From positions 1-64,000 of the forward strand of contig JBMFRC010000004.1 in NCBI GenBank assembly GCA_049968235.1: a stretch of DNA of 64,000 nt, written 5' to 3'. A model generated the notes under the pieces. That model had not been told where the DNA came from. It made no database searches and saw nothing but the letters and a program-made list of their open reading frames with translations. Numbering within the stretch: the first letter of the stretch is position 1; the number at the start of each line of letters is the position of its first letter. The stretch is from Candidatus Hydrogenedens sp. GTDB lineage: Bacteria; Hydrogenedentota; Hydrogenedentia; Hydrogenedentales; Hydrogenedentaceae. Position numbers and translations under genes: made by a program. Positions 20,261 to 29,658 of this stretch are shown here, one piece after another.

Positions 20261-21257
20261 CTATCCCGGATAAGTTGTATTACCAATATTGGGTTTGAGT
20301 ATTCTATACATTTCTAAATAGAATTTTTTCATATTCTCGTTATATAATTCCACCTTATCTTTTCCATTTCCCCTGACACCAATAAAATCATTTCCTATCT
20401 GAACAGTATCACATCCCAGGTCTTTAAGGGAATGAACTTCATTTTGCACATAATCAAGAGCAATAGAGTATGATGGCGATGTTACAATTCCATCTACTGA
20501 ATTATCTGGCAATTCTATTTTTCTTGCATCTCCTACTTTAATCTCTACATTGCCTAATTTCAGATTTAATTTTTCTTTTATTTCTATATAATCTTTGACG
20601 GATGCTATCATTAAATCAACATTTTTAATAGAAGAATTAATAAAGTTACGACCTCTATCTGAGTTATCACTAACAGATAATAATCTTGCTAATATATAAA
20701 AGTTTTGAGTTTTTTCGTTCTTTGTTAATTTACCGATATAATTGTAGTAATTATCATAACTATTAGAGTTCTGAAATAAAAGAGTTCCGGAAGTTGTAAT
20801 ATAAGAGACCACTTCATCTTTAATCTTTTTATTTCATCTAATACATTAATAGACTCGGTTTTAACCTTAGATTGAATAACGCATAAATGGGAGATATCTA
20901 TCCTATAAAATTTATCCCTAATAATTGTAATTCAATGGCTGTTGTCCCACTTCCCAAAAAAGGTTCAAAAAATATATCCTCCTTCTTTTAATCCGATAAT
21001 ATTTAACAATGCCCGAACCATTTGAGGGTGAAATTTCCCTTTATACGGATAGATCCAGTGTGTTAAATACTGATTAACAGAGTGCGTCCGATTTTTTCTA
21101 TTATTTGGAAATAATCTGTATATTTCCCAGATACAGTTTTAAAGTAAGACCCTTTTTTCCTAATCAGTTCTTTTTTTTCTTCAGTTGCCTCTAATATTCT
21201 GAACTCTCTTAATTCGTTTATCACTTCATAATCAATGCCTAATGCTTTTATTTCCAT
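20261..21257 (-). pseudogene. Fragmented N6/N4-type DNA methyltransferase remnant with multiple frameshifts. No cognate restriction gene is present.
   Basis: On the minus strand there are three pieces. ORF 21063-21257 comes first. It is followed in another frame by ...YPYKGKFHPQMVRALLNIIGLKEGGYIF. A +1 shift in a T7 run near 20965 then gives FEPFLGSGTTAIELQLLGINFIGIDIS (motif I). ORF 20261-20812 then carries LPDNSVDGIVTSPSY, a degenerate DPPY/SPPY motif IV. Confidence 0.6.
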
Positions 21258-21506
21258 TTCTGCTAATGACAGTTCATATATATTGGATATTATCTAATAA
21301 AACAATATCTCTATTGGAACCGTATTTATCTTCTTTTTCTATTCAGAGAGAATTTTCTGCTTTTCGTTTCATTACTTTACCTTTTGTTCCTGACTTTTCA
21401 TTTACATTTATTATTTATGTTTCAAATAATTCAAAATGAAATTTCATATTCAGAAGTATCAATCTACTTTTATAAGTATTAGTATATATAAACCTGTTCT
21501 CTATAT

Positions 21507-22481
21507 TCATTCTTTTAATGTTTGGATATTGCCTTCTTTCTTCTGCATTCTTTTTTCCCAATGAGCTTTTAACTTATCCCTTTTTTTCCATCGGCGATGA
21601 AACCAGAGCCACTGTTCGGGGTGTTTACGGATAATATCTTCGATAGCATTCTGGCATGTTTGTGTGTTTATTAATATATCTTCTTGAAGGCTTCCTGTAT
21701 TTACCATTTTAAGAGGAGGTAATATTTCAAGGAAAAAGGTTCCATCATTATTTCGAATTATATACACAGGATGAACAGGGGCTTTTGTTCGTGCATATAA
21801 GTAGGCGGGACCAATTGTTGCCCAACAGGGCTTACCAAAAAATTCTACAGGGGCTCCATTATCCCGCGGAGATTGGTCTATCAGAAGTCCCACAAACCAT
21901 CCTTCTTTTATTAACTTAATAATTTCATTTGCGGAATGGTCTTTAGGTATTGTTTTTATCTTTGCATGTGTTCGAATGTCATCAACAAACTTGTTTAAAT
22001 TGGGTTCATCAAACTCACGAACGATTTCCGCCACAGGATAGCCATGACTACACATTAAGGATGCCATCATCTCCCAATTTCCCAGATGAGCACTAATAAA
22101 TAAGGCACCCTGTTTGTTTCGTCGATATTCTTCTATATACTCTACACCTTTATAAGAAGCAATATTTTTGTATTTCTTTTCTGCCAAATCAGGTAAATGT
22201 GGGAACTCAAATGCTACAAGGAACATATTTCTTGTGGCATCCCATAGTATTTTCCTCTTTTCATATTTGGTAAGTGTGTCTCCAAAAGCGTATTCAATAT
22301 GTTTCCCACCATCTTTTTGGATTCTTGGATATAAATAATAGGATATGAAAGCAAAAAATATCGCTATCTTACGAGAAAGTGGAAGAGGTATTTTTTTTAA
22401 CAAATTTAGTAAAGAGATGGCTATAAATGAAATTATTTTTTGTTTGATTTTTTTTGTTTTTTTGCCCATATTAAATTTCAA
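21507..22481 (-). CDS. Lipid A biosynthesis lauroyl/myristoyl acyltransferase (LpxL/HtrB family).
   Basis: 324 aa with an N-terminal membrane anchor. ALFISAHLGNWEMMA matches the HX4D-type acyltransferase region of the LpxL family. It overlaps the upstream gene by 11 nt. Confidence 0.65.
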   Translation of the reverse strand: MKFNMGKKTKKIKQKIISFIAISLLNLLKKIPLPLSRKIAIFFAFISYYLYPRIQKDGGKHIEYAFGDTLTKYEKRKILWDATRNMFLVAFEFPHLPDLAEKKYKNIASYKGVEYIEEYRRNKQGALFISAHLGNWEMMASLMCSHGYPVAEIVREFDEPNLNKFVDDIRTHAKIKTIPKDHSANEIIKLIKEGWFVGLLIDQSPRDNGAPVEFFGKPCWATIGPAYLYARTKAPVHPVYIIRNNDGTFFLEILPPLKMVNTGSLQEDILINTQTCQNAIEDIIRKHPEQWLWFHRRWKKRDKLKAHWEKRMQKKEGNIQTLKE

Positions 22482-23847
22482 AGGTAAGTTTTATACCATT
22501 TTGAGGAATAAAGCAATTTGTTTTTGAATGAGTGTTTTCTTTCATCCATTCGAGTGCAGGGGGGTCTCCGTGAACAAAAACAACATTTTTAGGATTTAAT
22601 TCATCTATCATCTTTAACAGAGCGGTTCTATATGCGTGCCCACTGAAATGAAATCGTTTGATGTTTTTTAGTTTAACTTTTACGGGTTGTGCATCCAGTT
22701 GAAACTGCAACTCTTCTCCTGGCTTTGAGTTTAACAGTTTATATCCTAATGTATCGGGATCAACATAACCTACAAAAAAGATACCGTGGTGCCTGGTTTG
22801 AACCATTTCCTGAGCAATTAAAGCGGAGGGAGTATTTTCTATCATCATACCTGAAGTAGCAATAATAATTCCGGGAACAGATAATAATTGTTTCATTACT
22901 TCTGGTTGCCATATATTCCCTAATTTACGGAAATGATTTAAAGGTCTTAATCGACTGTTCTCATCTAAATATTCCCGAAATTGCTCATAAATATCATAAA
23001 TGGCTCTTCCCAATCCCGAAATATAAATGGGAACTTTTATTAATAATCCTTCTTCTTGTAGTCGTGCCAATATATTTGCCATCTCTTGCGTTCTTCCCAG
23101 TGCAAATGTCGGTATTAATACAGTCCCTTCTTGTTCTAATATTTGATTAATAGATTTAGCGAGACGCAAAGATTCTTCATCGTAAGAATTTACTTTGCTT
23201 TCATCAACTGCACCCTGAGTACTTTCTATGACCATCACATCTACTTCATCTAACCAATCCATAGGTTTATAAGGACCTAACAATTCCTGATTACTCGCAC
23301 TAATATCACCTGTATATAGTATCTTAAAATTGTCTAACTCTAATAAAATACTTCCACTTCCTAATACATGCCCTGCTGGGTTAAATAATGCTTTAAACAT
23401 ACTTTTAGCACTAACATCAAACAGGTCATTGTAAAGGTGTGCTCTTGTAACATCCATAAGATTTTCTACATCTTCATGCTGGTATAAAGGATAATCAAAG
23501 ATATTTCGTTCTTTGCGGATGGTGTTCATAACTACAACACTATTATGTAACATTCGCTCCATAACGCGAAGTGTAGGCAGAGTAGCATGAACTCTAAAAT
23601 GAGGGAAAAGTTTGGTTAAATAGGGTAAAGCACCACAATGGTCTACATGTCCATGAGTAATTAACACAGCATCAGGAAACGATTCCATTAAGTCAAATGA
23701 TGGTAGAGATTCGAAACCTTCCTTTTTAGGATGCACACCACAATCTAATAATACATGCTCGTGGGCATATGAAATTTCATAGCAATTGGCACCAATCTCT
23801 CCACCACCACCCAAAACTTTAAAATGAATACACCTTTCGTTGTCCAT
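22471..23847 (-). CDS. Beta-CASP family metallo-beta-lactamase-fold RNA-metabolising hydrolase.
   Basis: 458 aa. HGHVDHCGALPYL is the MBL motif HxHxDH. The C-terminal FHFSGHAYRTALLKMI carries the beta-CASP motif C His. Confidence 0.7.
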   Translation of the reverse strand: MDNERCIHFKVLGGGGEIGANCYEISYAHEHVLLDCGVHPKKEGFESLPSFDLMESFPDAVLITHGHVDHCGALPYLTKLFPHFRVHATLPTLRVMERMLHNSVVVMNTIRKERNIFDYPLYQHEDVENLMDVTRAHLYNDLFDVSAKSMFKALFNPAGHVLGSGSILLELDNFKILYTGDISASNQELLGPYKPMDWLDEVDVMVIESTQGAVDESKVNSYDEESLRLAKSINQILEQEGTVLIPTFALGRTQEMANILARLQEEGLLIKVPIYISGLGRAIYDIYEQFREYLDENSRLRPLNHFRKLGNIWQPEVMKQLLSVPGIIIATSGMMIENTPSALIAQEMVQTRHHGIFFVGYVDPDTLGYKLLNSKPGEELQFQLDAQPVKVKLKNIKRFHFSGHAYRTALLKMIDELNPKNVVFVHGDPPALEWMKENTHSKTNCFIPQNGIKLTFEI

Positions 23848-23966
23848 ATTTATATTTTACTTTCCATCTTTTATAAAAATATATCCAAGCAATTCATGTA
23901 GGTTATGTGTTTTAGTATAATAAAGTTAGCATTATTTTATCATTATTTAGTTAAAGGAATATATAT

Positions 23967-26618
23967 ATGGGTTTAGAAAAAAGCCGTGTCATGGAGATGA
24001 TAAAGAATAATGAGCTATGGCAGGAATGGGGACCTTATCTACCAGAACGGCAATGGGGAACCGTTCGTGAATGTTGGGCTCCGCCTGAAAAAGCGTGGGA
24101 ATACACAACATTTGAGACTGCTAAAAAATATAATTACCTTTGTGGAGATGATGGTATTTTTGGATGGAGCGATAGGAGTGGGAAACTCTGTTTTGCACTA
24201 AGTTTCTGGAATGGTTCTGACCCTTGCTTAAAAGAGCGTTTTTTTGGGTTAAATGCTCTCGAAGGAAATCATGCGGAAGATGTTAAAGAATATTATTATT
24301 ATCTGGATGCGGTACCAAGTTATGCATATGCAAAAGCACTATATCGTTATCCCTGTGAAAACTTTCCTTATGAAAAATTACTATCAGAAAATCAAAACCG
24401 AACTTGCTTTGATCCGGAATTTGAACTTTTAGACACCGGAATCCTGGATAATTCTCAATTTTTTGATATAGAAGTAGAATATGCGAAAGGAAGTCCAAAG
24501 GATATTGCCATTCGCATTACTGCGTGGAATAGAGATAGTAGCACTCGTTCCCTGCATATCATTCCTCAATTCTGGTTTCGGAATACATGGCAATGGTCAT
24601 CTTTACTTGGGAAAATAGAACGCAAACCTCAGATATATGGAGGGGGAGCGAGCCACATTGTTTTTATGGATACACATTTAGGTGAATACCGATTGGAAGT
24701 TGGTATGGGAGAGGGGAAAATATTACCTCAATTACTATTTACAGAGAATGATTCAAACATTGTGCCCTCTCAGTATAAGTACAATCCACTTTTACCTTCT
24801 TTTCGCGATGCTTTTACTCAACATATTATTTATAATAATTCGGAGTATATTTCAAAAGAGAATAAGGGGACTCGTGTTGGTGTCTGGTATTCATTCCAAA
24901 TTGAACCTCACTCCAAAGTCTCTTTTCAGTTGAGATTTTCTTCTATATCCGAGATACCACCAGAACCTGTCGGCGAAAGTTGTGATGCTCTTATTGAACA
25001 ACGGAAAAAAGAAGCGGATGAGTTTTATCAGGAACTTCTATTACCTACAATAAGTTCTTCTGAAAAGACCGTGATAAGACAGGCTTATGCGGGATTATTA
25101 TGGTCAAAAATTCACTACAAACTTTCCGTAAAAGAGTGGCTAAATGTAGCCAATAGTTTACAAAAACTTACAGCACATACAAGTTTTGATAACTGGAAGC
25201 ATTTATATGCAGATGATATCTTATCTATTCCTGATAAGTGGGAGTACCCATGGTTTGCATCCTGGGATATTCCATTTCATTTAATACCCATGTTTCGCAT
25301 TGACCCCATTTTTACTATTAAACAATTGAAGATTTTACTCTCTCCAGAATATCAAAATCCTACAGGTCAGATACCTTCTTCTGAATGGAATTTCTCGGCT
25401 ATCAATCCGCCTGTAATGGCATGGGGGGTAAATAAAATTATACAAAAGATAGAGCAGATGGATTTCGATATACCCCGGGAAAACTTTTACTCGATGTTTT
25501 TAATAGAATCTTTTTGCAGTTTGCATGCCAATTTAATATGGTGGGTAAACCTCAAAGATAAAGAAGGGAAAACCTTGTTTAATAAAGGATTAATCGGTTT
25601 AGATAACTTTTCTATTTTAGAAAAATCACACAATAATTTAACAAGAAATGAGGAATCTCAGGGTATTTTTTGGACCCCATTTTGTATTGGAAATCTTATT
25701 GAATTAGCCTGCAAGACATCCATTATGTTCCCGTATTTTGAAAAAATAGCAATACGACTTTTACATTACTTTGTTAAAGCAACGGAAATTTTACAGAATA
25801 ATGAGTTTCCCAGTCTGTGGCATGAAAGCGATTCGTTTTTTTATCCAATATTCAATATAGAAGGAGAAAAAACACAGTATCCTATTCGTTCTTTTTCGGG
25901 TCTTGTTCCTCTTTTTGGGACTGTGCGTTTGCCTGTATATGCTCTTCCGGAACTTTCAGCAGAAGTTGAAAAACTTATTAAATCTAAAATTCTTGCGGAT
26001 TCGTTTTATAGAAGATATATAGACTCACAAACAGGGAATAATTGTATATTTTTATCTTGTATTACAGAACAACAAAGAAATGCTTTAATTAACTATGCAT
26101 TGAACGAATCGGAGTTTTTATCTCCTTTTGGTCTTCGTTCTCTATCACGATACCATCGTGAAAAACCTATACATATCCATACATCAAGACAGCGGATTGA
26201 AATAAAATATTGTCCTGGTGAATTGGAATCCAAAATGTTTGGAGGAAATACCAATTGGTTCGGTCCTATCTGGTTTCCACTCAATTATCTATTTTTAGAT
26301 AGTATGGATAAATGGGGAGATGTTTATGGAGATTTAAAAATTCCAGTTCCATGTATGAAAAAGAGTTTTACTTTTAAAGAAATAGCCTACGAAATCCGAC
26401 AACGGCTGCGGAATTTATTTGTTCCCGATACACGGGGTGAAATCCCATCTTTAGGTTCGTTCGCATGTTTCAAAGACAATCCACTATGGAATAATTACTA
26501 TCTCTTCTTTGAATATTTCAATGGGGATACCGGCGAGGGAATTGGGGCGAGTCATCAAACAGGCTGGACTGTACTTATTGCGGAAATAATTCATGAATTA
26601 CACAAAGATGCCCAGTAA
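23967..26618 (+). CDS. GH63-like (alpha/alpha)6 glucosidase family protein of the MGH1 / mannosylglycerate-hydrolase-like bacterial clade.
   Basis: 883 aa. The N-terminal WQEWGPYLPERQWGTVRE is a signature seen at the start of bacterial GH63-like proteins. The C-terminal helical toroid is Trp-rich. Confidence 0.55.
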   Translation: MGLEKSRVMEMIKNNELWQEWGPYLPERQWGTVRECWAPPEKAWEYTTFETAKKYNYLCGDDGIFGWSDRSGKLCFALSFWNGSDPCLKERFFGLNALEGNHAEDVKEYYYYLDAVPSYAYAKALYRYPCENFPYEKLLSENQNRTCFDPEFELLDTGILDNSQFFDIEVEYAKGSPKDIAIRITAWNRDSSTRSLHIIPQFWFRNTWQWSSLLGKIERKPQIYGGGASHIVFMDTHLGEYRLEVGMGEGKILPQLLFTENDSNIVPSQYKYNPLLPSFRDAFTQHIIYNNSEYISKENKGTRVGVWYSFQIEPHSKVSFQLRFSSISEIPPEPVGESCDALIEQRKKEADEFYQELLLPTISSSEKTVIRQAYAGLLWSKIHYKLSVKEWLNVANSLQKLTAHTSFDNWKHLYADDILSIPDKWEYPWFASWDIPFHLIPMFRIDPIFTIKQLKILLSPEYQNPTGQIPSSEWNFSAINPPVMAWGVNKIIQKIEQMDFDIPRENFYSMFLIESFCSLHANLIWWVNLKDKEGKTLFNKGLIGLDNFSILEKSHNNLTRNEESQGIFWTPFCIGNLIELACKTSIMFPYFEKIAIRLLHYFVKATEILQNNEFPSLWHESDSFFYPIFNIEGEKTQYPIRSFSGLVPLFGTVRLPVYALPELSAEVEKLIKSKILADSFYRRYIDSQTGNNCIFLSCITEQQRNALINYALNESEFLSPFGLRSLSRYHREKPIHIHTSRQRIEIKYCPGELESKMFGGNTNWFGPIWFPLNYLFLDSMDKWGDVYGDLKIPVPCMKKSFTFKEIAYEIRQRLRNLFVPDTRGEIPSLGSFACFKDNPLWNNYYLFFEYFNGDTGEGIGASHQTGWTVLIAEIIHELHKDAQ

Positions 26619-26623
26619 TTTTC

Positions 26624-27676
26624 TTATGATGCAGATTCTTTCAATTCCGATGGATTTTTCATATTGGCAATAGCATCTTCATACGAGATAAGTCCCTGTA
26701 AATATAATTCTTTCAGACATCTGTCAAATGTTACCATACCTTCTTTAAAATTCGTTTCCAGCACACTGTATATCTGATAATTTTTCCCTTCACGAATTAG
26801 ATTAGATATAGCATTATTCGCCCGTAGAATTTCATAACTAAGGATACGACCCTCTCCATCTTTTCTGGGCAAAAGCCGTTGTGAGATAACTGCTAACAAA
26901 ACCATAGATAATTGAAAGCGAATTTGCTGTTGTTGTCCAGCAGGAAAGACATCAATAATACGGTCAATAGTCTGAATAGAATCATTGGTATGTAACGTTG
27001 CAAAAACAAGGTGTCCTGTTTCGGATGCTGTAAGTGCCGATTGAATGGTTTCGAGGTCTCTCATTTCACCGATAAGAATTACATCGGGAGCCTGTCGTAA
27101 CACATATTTTAAGGCACGGACAAAACTTATCGTATCTCCGCCAATTTCGCGTTGGTCTACAATGCTTTTTTTATGACTGTGAACATATTCAATAGGGTCC
27201 TCAATGGTAATTATATGGCATGCCCGTTGATTATTAATAATGTCAATAAGTGAGGCAAGAGTAGTCGTTTTTCCACTTCCTGTAGGTCCAGTTACCAGCA
27301 CAAGTCCCTGGCGTGCAAAAGCTAGTTCTTTAATACTATCAGGAAGTCCTAATTCGCTTAATGAAGGTATTTTTTCAGGAATAGGACGCAATGCGGCAGT
27401 TACACACTGCCTTTGATAATAAACATTGACACGGAATCGGTGTTTTCTGCCCACAGCCAGAGAAAAGTCGAGTTCCTTTTCCTGCTTAAATTGTTCTTTC
27501 TGTTCTTTCGTAAGAAAACTAAAAATCATCTTTTCGGTGGCTTCAGGAGTAAGGGTATCGGTTCGGGTTCGGTATAATTGCCCATTAATTCTCAATATTG
27601 GAGGGGCACCGGCACTTATAATAAGGTCAGAAGCCTTTTCTTGTATAACAAGGTCAAATAAATCCTGAATATTCAT
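26624..27676 (-). CDS. pilT: Type IV pilus retraction ATPase PilT.
   Basis: 350 aa. Walker A reads GPTGSGKTT. The Asp box and His box read GEMRDLETIQSALTASETGHLVFATLHT. AISNLIREGK is the PilT-specific motif. Confidence 0.85.
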   Translation of the reverse strand: MNIQDLFDLVIQEKASDLIISAGAPPILRINGQLYRTRTDTLTPEATEKMIFSFLTKEQKEQFKQEKELDFSLAVGRKHRFRVNVYYQRQCVTAALRPIPEKIPSLSELGLPDSIKELAFARQGLVLVTGPTGSGKTTTLASLIDIINNQRACHIITIEDPIEYVHSHKKSIVDQREIGGDTISFVRALKYVLRQAPDVILIGEMRDLETIQSALTASETGHLVFATLHTNDSIQTIDRIIDVFPAGQQQQIRFQLSMVLLAVISQRLLPRKDGEGRILSYEILRANNAISNLIREGKNYQIYSVLETNFKEGMVTFDRCLKELYLQGLISYEDAIANMKNPSELKESAS

Positions 27677-27880
27677 AATCTTATTCCCTTTGTTTAACTA
27701 ATTCACAAATAGATAATAAATTTACAGAATAATGTTCTTCAAATGACGAATCTTCCTGTTGTTTAATACAAGGTCATTTTTTTCCATTGATAGGAAACTT
27801 TTTTCCTATTTTTATTTTTTTATCAGAACAGTAGATACAAAAAGTCTTGGTAATTAAGTTATTTATTTTTTTGCCGATAA

Positions 27881-27897
27881 TTGGTATAAGAATTGCT
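27881..27897 (+). promoter_or_regulatory. Candidate sigma-54 (-24/-12) promoter upstream of flgK.
   Basis: TTGGTATAAGAATTGCT keeps the GG-N10-GC spacing of the TGGCAC-N5-TTGCW consensus. It lies about 48 nt upstream of the flgK GTG start. A sigma-54 activator is encoded in the window. Confidence 0.35.
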
Positions 27898-27944
27898 ATT
27901 TTTTAACCAAATAATTAGTAATTTGTTTTTATAAGGAGAAATCT

Positions 27945-29645
27945 GTGGGAACATTATTTAGTGCGTTGGATATAGCACGAGCAGGAATGTTAGTATCTCA
28001 GGTTCAACTGGATGTAACGGGACATAATATTGCCAATGTAAATAAAGAAGGTTATTCAAGGCAACGGGTAGAGGTAACAACTCGTTTACCGAATTACAAG
28101 CCCTATGGTGCTATTGGTCGTGGTCCCGCTATATCGGATATACGAAGAATTCGTGAAACATTTTTAGACTCAATTTTCCGGGAACAAAATCCTGCTCTTG
28201 GGAGAACCGAAACGGTTGCTAATTATTTTGTACGAATTCAAGATATTTTTCAGGAGCCAGGGGACACCGGGTTTAGTGCCCATTTATCGAGATTTTTTGA
28301 TTCCCTTCATGATTTCACTAATAATGTAGAAGAAACACCTGTTCGTGTTGCTTTGCTTCAGGAAGGAGAGTCTCTTGCACAATCTTTAAATGAAATTTCG
28401 CGACAGGTTTATTTATTAGAAAGCAATACAAACGAGGAGATCCGCAATACCATACCTGAAATTAATTCTCTGATTATGCGAATCGTGGAAATGAACAAAA
28501 CAATACGGGACACGGAGATAACCGGAAAATCTGCAAATGATTTGAGAGATGACAGAGACTTGCTTGTTGACCAACTTTCCAAAATTGTTTCCATCACTTC
28601 ACGAGAACGTGAAGATGGGCAAATTGATGTTTTGTTAGGAGGAGTGGAAATTATAGGTGGAACAAAATATCGAACTTTAAGCACAGTTGTGGACTCTTCA
28701 CTGGACTCCACTCGTCCCGATTTTCTCTCTGTTGTCTTTACAGATAATCAAGAGAAAGCCATAATATCTGATGGTTCTCTCGCAGGATTATTATATATTC
28801 GTGATACTGAATTAAGAAGGATAAAAGAACAACTTAATGAAATAGCAAGAGTCATTGCAGGTTCAATAAACAGCATTCACAGTCAGGGTCGAGGATTAGA
28901 ATTATATAGTGGGACAATCAATTCTACCATTTCTGTATCTGATGTCAATACTTCATTATCCAACAACAATCTCCCCTATTCTATTAATGACGGCTCTTTT
29001 CAATTACTTGCTTATGATAGCACCGGCAATCTTGCAACAACCCTTAATATTAATATTTCTTCTACCTCCACTACATTAACCGATATTGCCAATCAAATTA
29101 ATGCCAACCCCTTTTTCACTGCTTCTATTGATACGGATGGGTATTTAACAATAACACCTTCGAGCGGTTACTCTTTCCGATTTGCTAATGATACATCAGG
29201 AGTTCTCGTGGCTATAGGGATGAATCCCTTTTTTACAGGATATACTGCAAGTACGATTTCTGTTAATCAAGATTTACTCGATAACCCACGTTTTATTAGT
29301 TCTGGTTATAGTACAAACATAAATGAAACAGGAGATAATACTGCGGCTCTGGCAATGGCTAAACTGAGAACCCAACGCATACTTTCAGATAGCACTCAAA
29401 CAGCAGATGATTATTATCAATCCATGATTGTACAGATAGGTATAAATGCAAGAGCAAACTCCGATGTGTTAGAAATGGAACGCTCATTTATAAATGATTT
29501 TAACCGACGGAGGCAGGAAGTCTCCGGTGTAAATCTTGATGAAGAGGTAACAAATTTAATGCTATTTCAAAGGGCTTTTGAAGCATCTACAAGGATTATT
29601 ACCGTAACAGACCGAATGTTAGATGCATTAATAAATATTATTTAA
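27945..29645 (+). CDS. flgK: Flagellar hook-associated protein 1 (FlgK).
   Basis: 566 aa with a GTG start. The N-terminus reads FSALDIARAGMLVSQVQLDVTGHNIAN. The C-terminus reads NLMLFQRAFEASTRIITVTDRMLDALINI. These are the conserved FlgK terminal helices. Confidence 0.8.
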   Translation: MGTLFSALDIARAGMLVSQVQLDVTGHNIANVNKEGYSRQRVEVTTRLPNYKPYGAIGRGPAISDIRRIRETFLDSIFREQNPALGRTETVANYFVRIQDIFQEPGDTGFSAHLSRFFDSLHDFTNNVEETPVRVALLQEGESLAQSLNEISRQVYLLESNTNEEIRNTIPEINSLIMRIVEMNKTIRDTEITGKSANDLRDDRDLLVDQLSKIVSITSREREDGQIDVLLGGVEIIGGTKYRTLSTVVDSSLDSTRPDFLSVVFTDNQEKAIISDGSLAGLLYIRDTELRRIKEQLNEIARVIAGSINSIHSQGRGLELYSGTINSTISVSDVNTSLSNNNLPYSINDGSFQLLAYDSTGNLATTLNINISSTSTTLTDIANQINANPFFTASIDTDGYLTITPSSGYSFRFANDTSGVLVAIGMNPFFTGYTASTISVNQDLLDNPRFISSGYSTNINETGDNTAALAMAKLRTQRILSDSTQTADDYYQSMIVQIGINARANSDVLEMERSFINDFNRRRQEVSGVNLDEEVTNLMLFQRAFEASTRIITVTDRMLDALINII

Positions 29646-29658
29646 GTTTTAATCGCAT

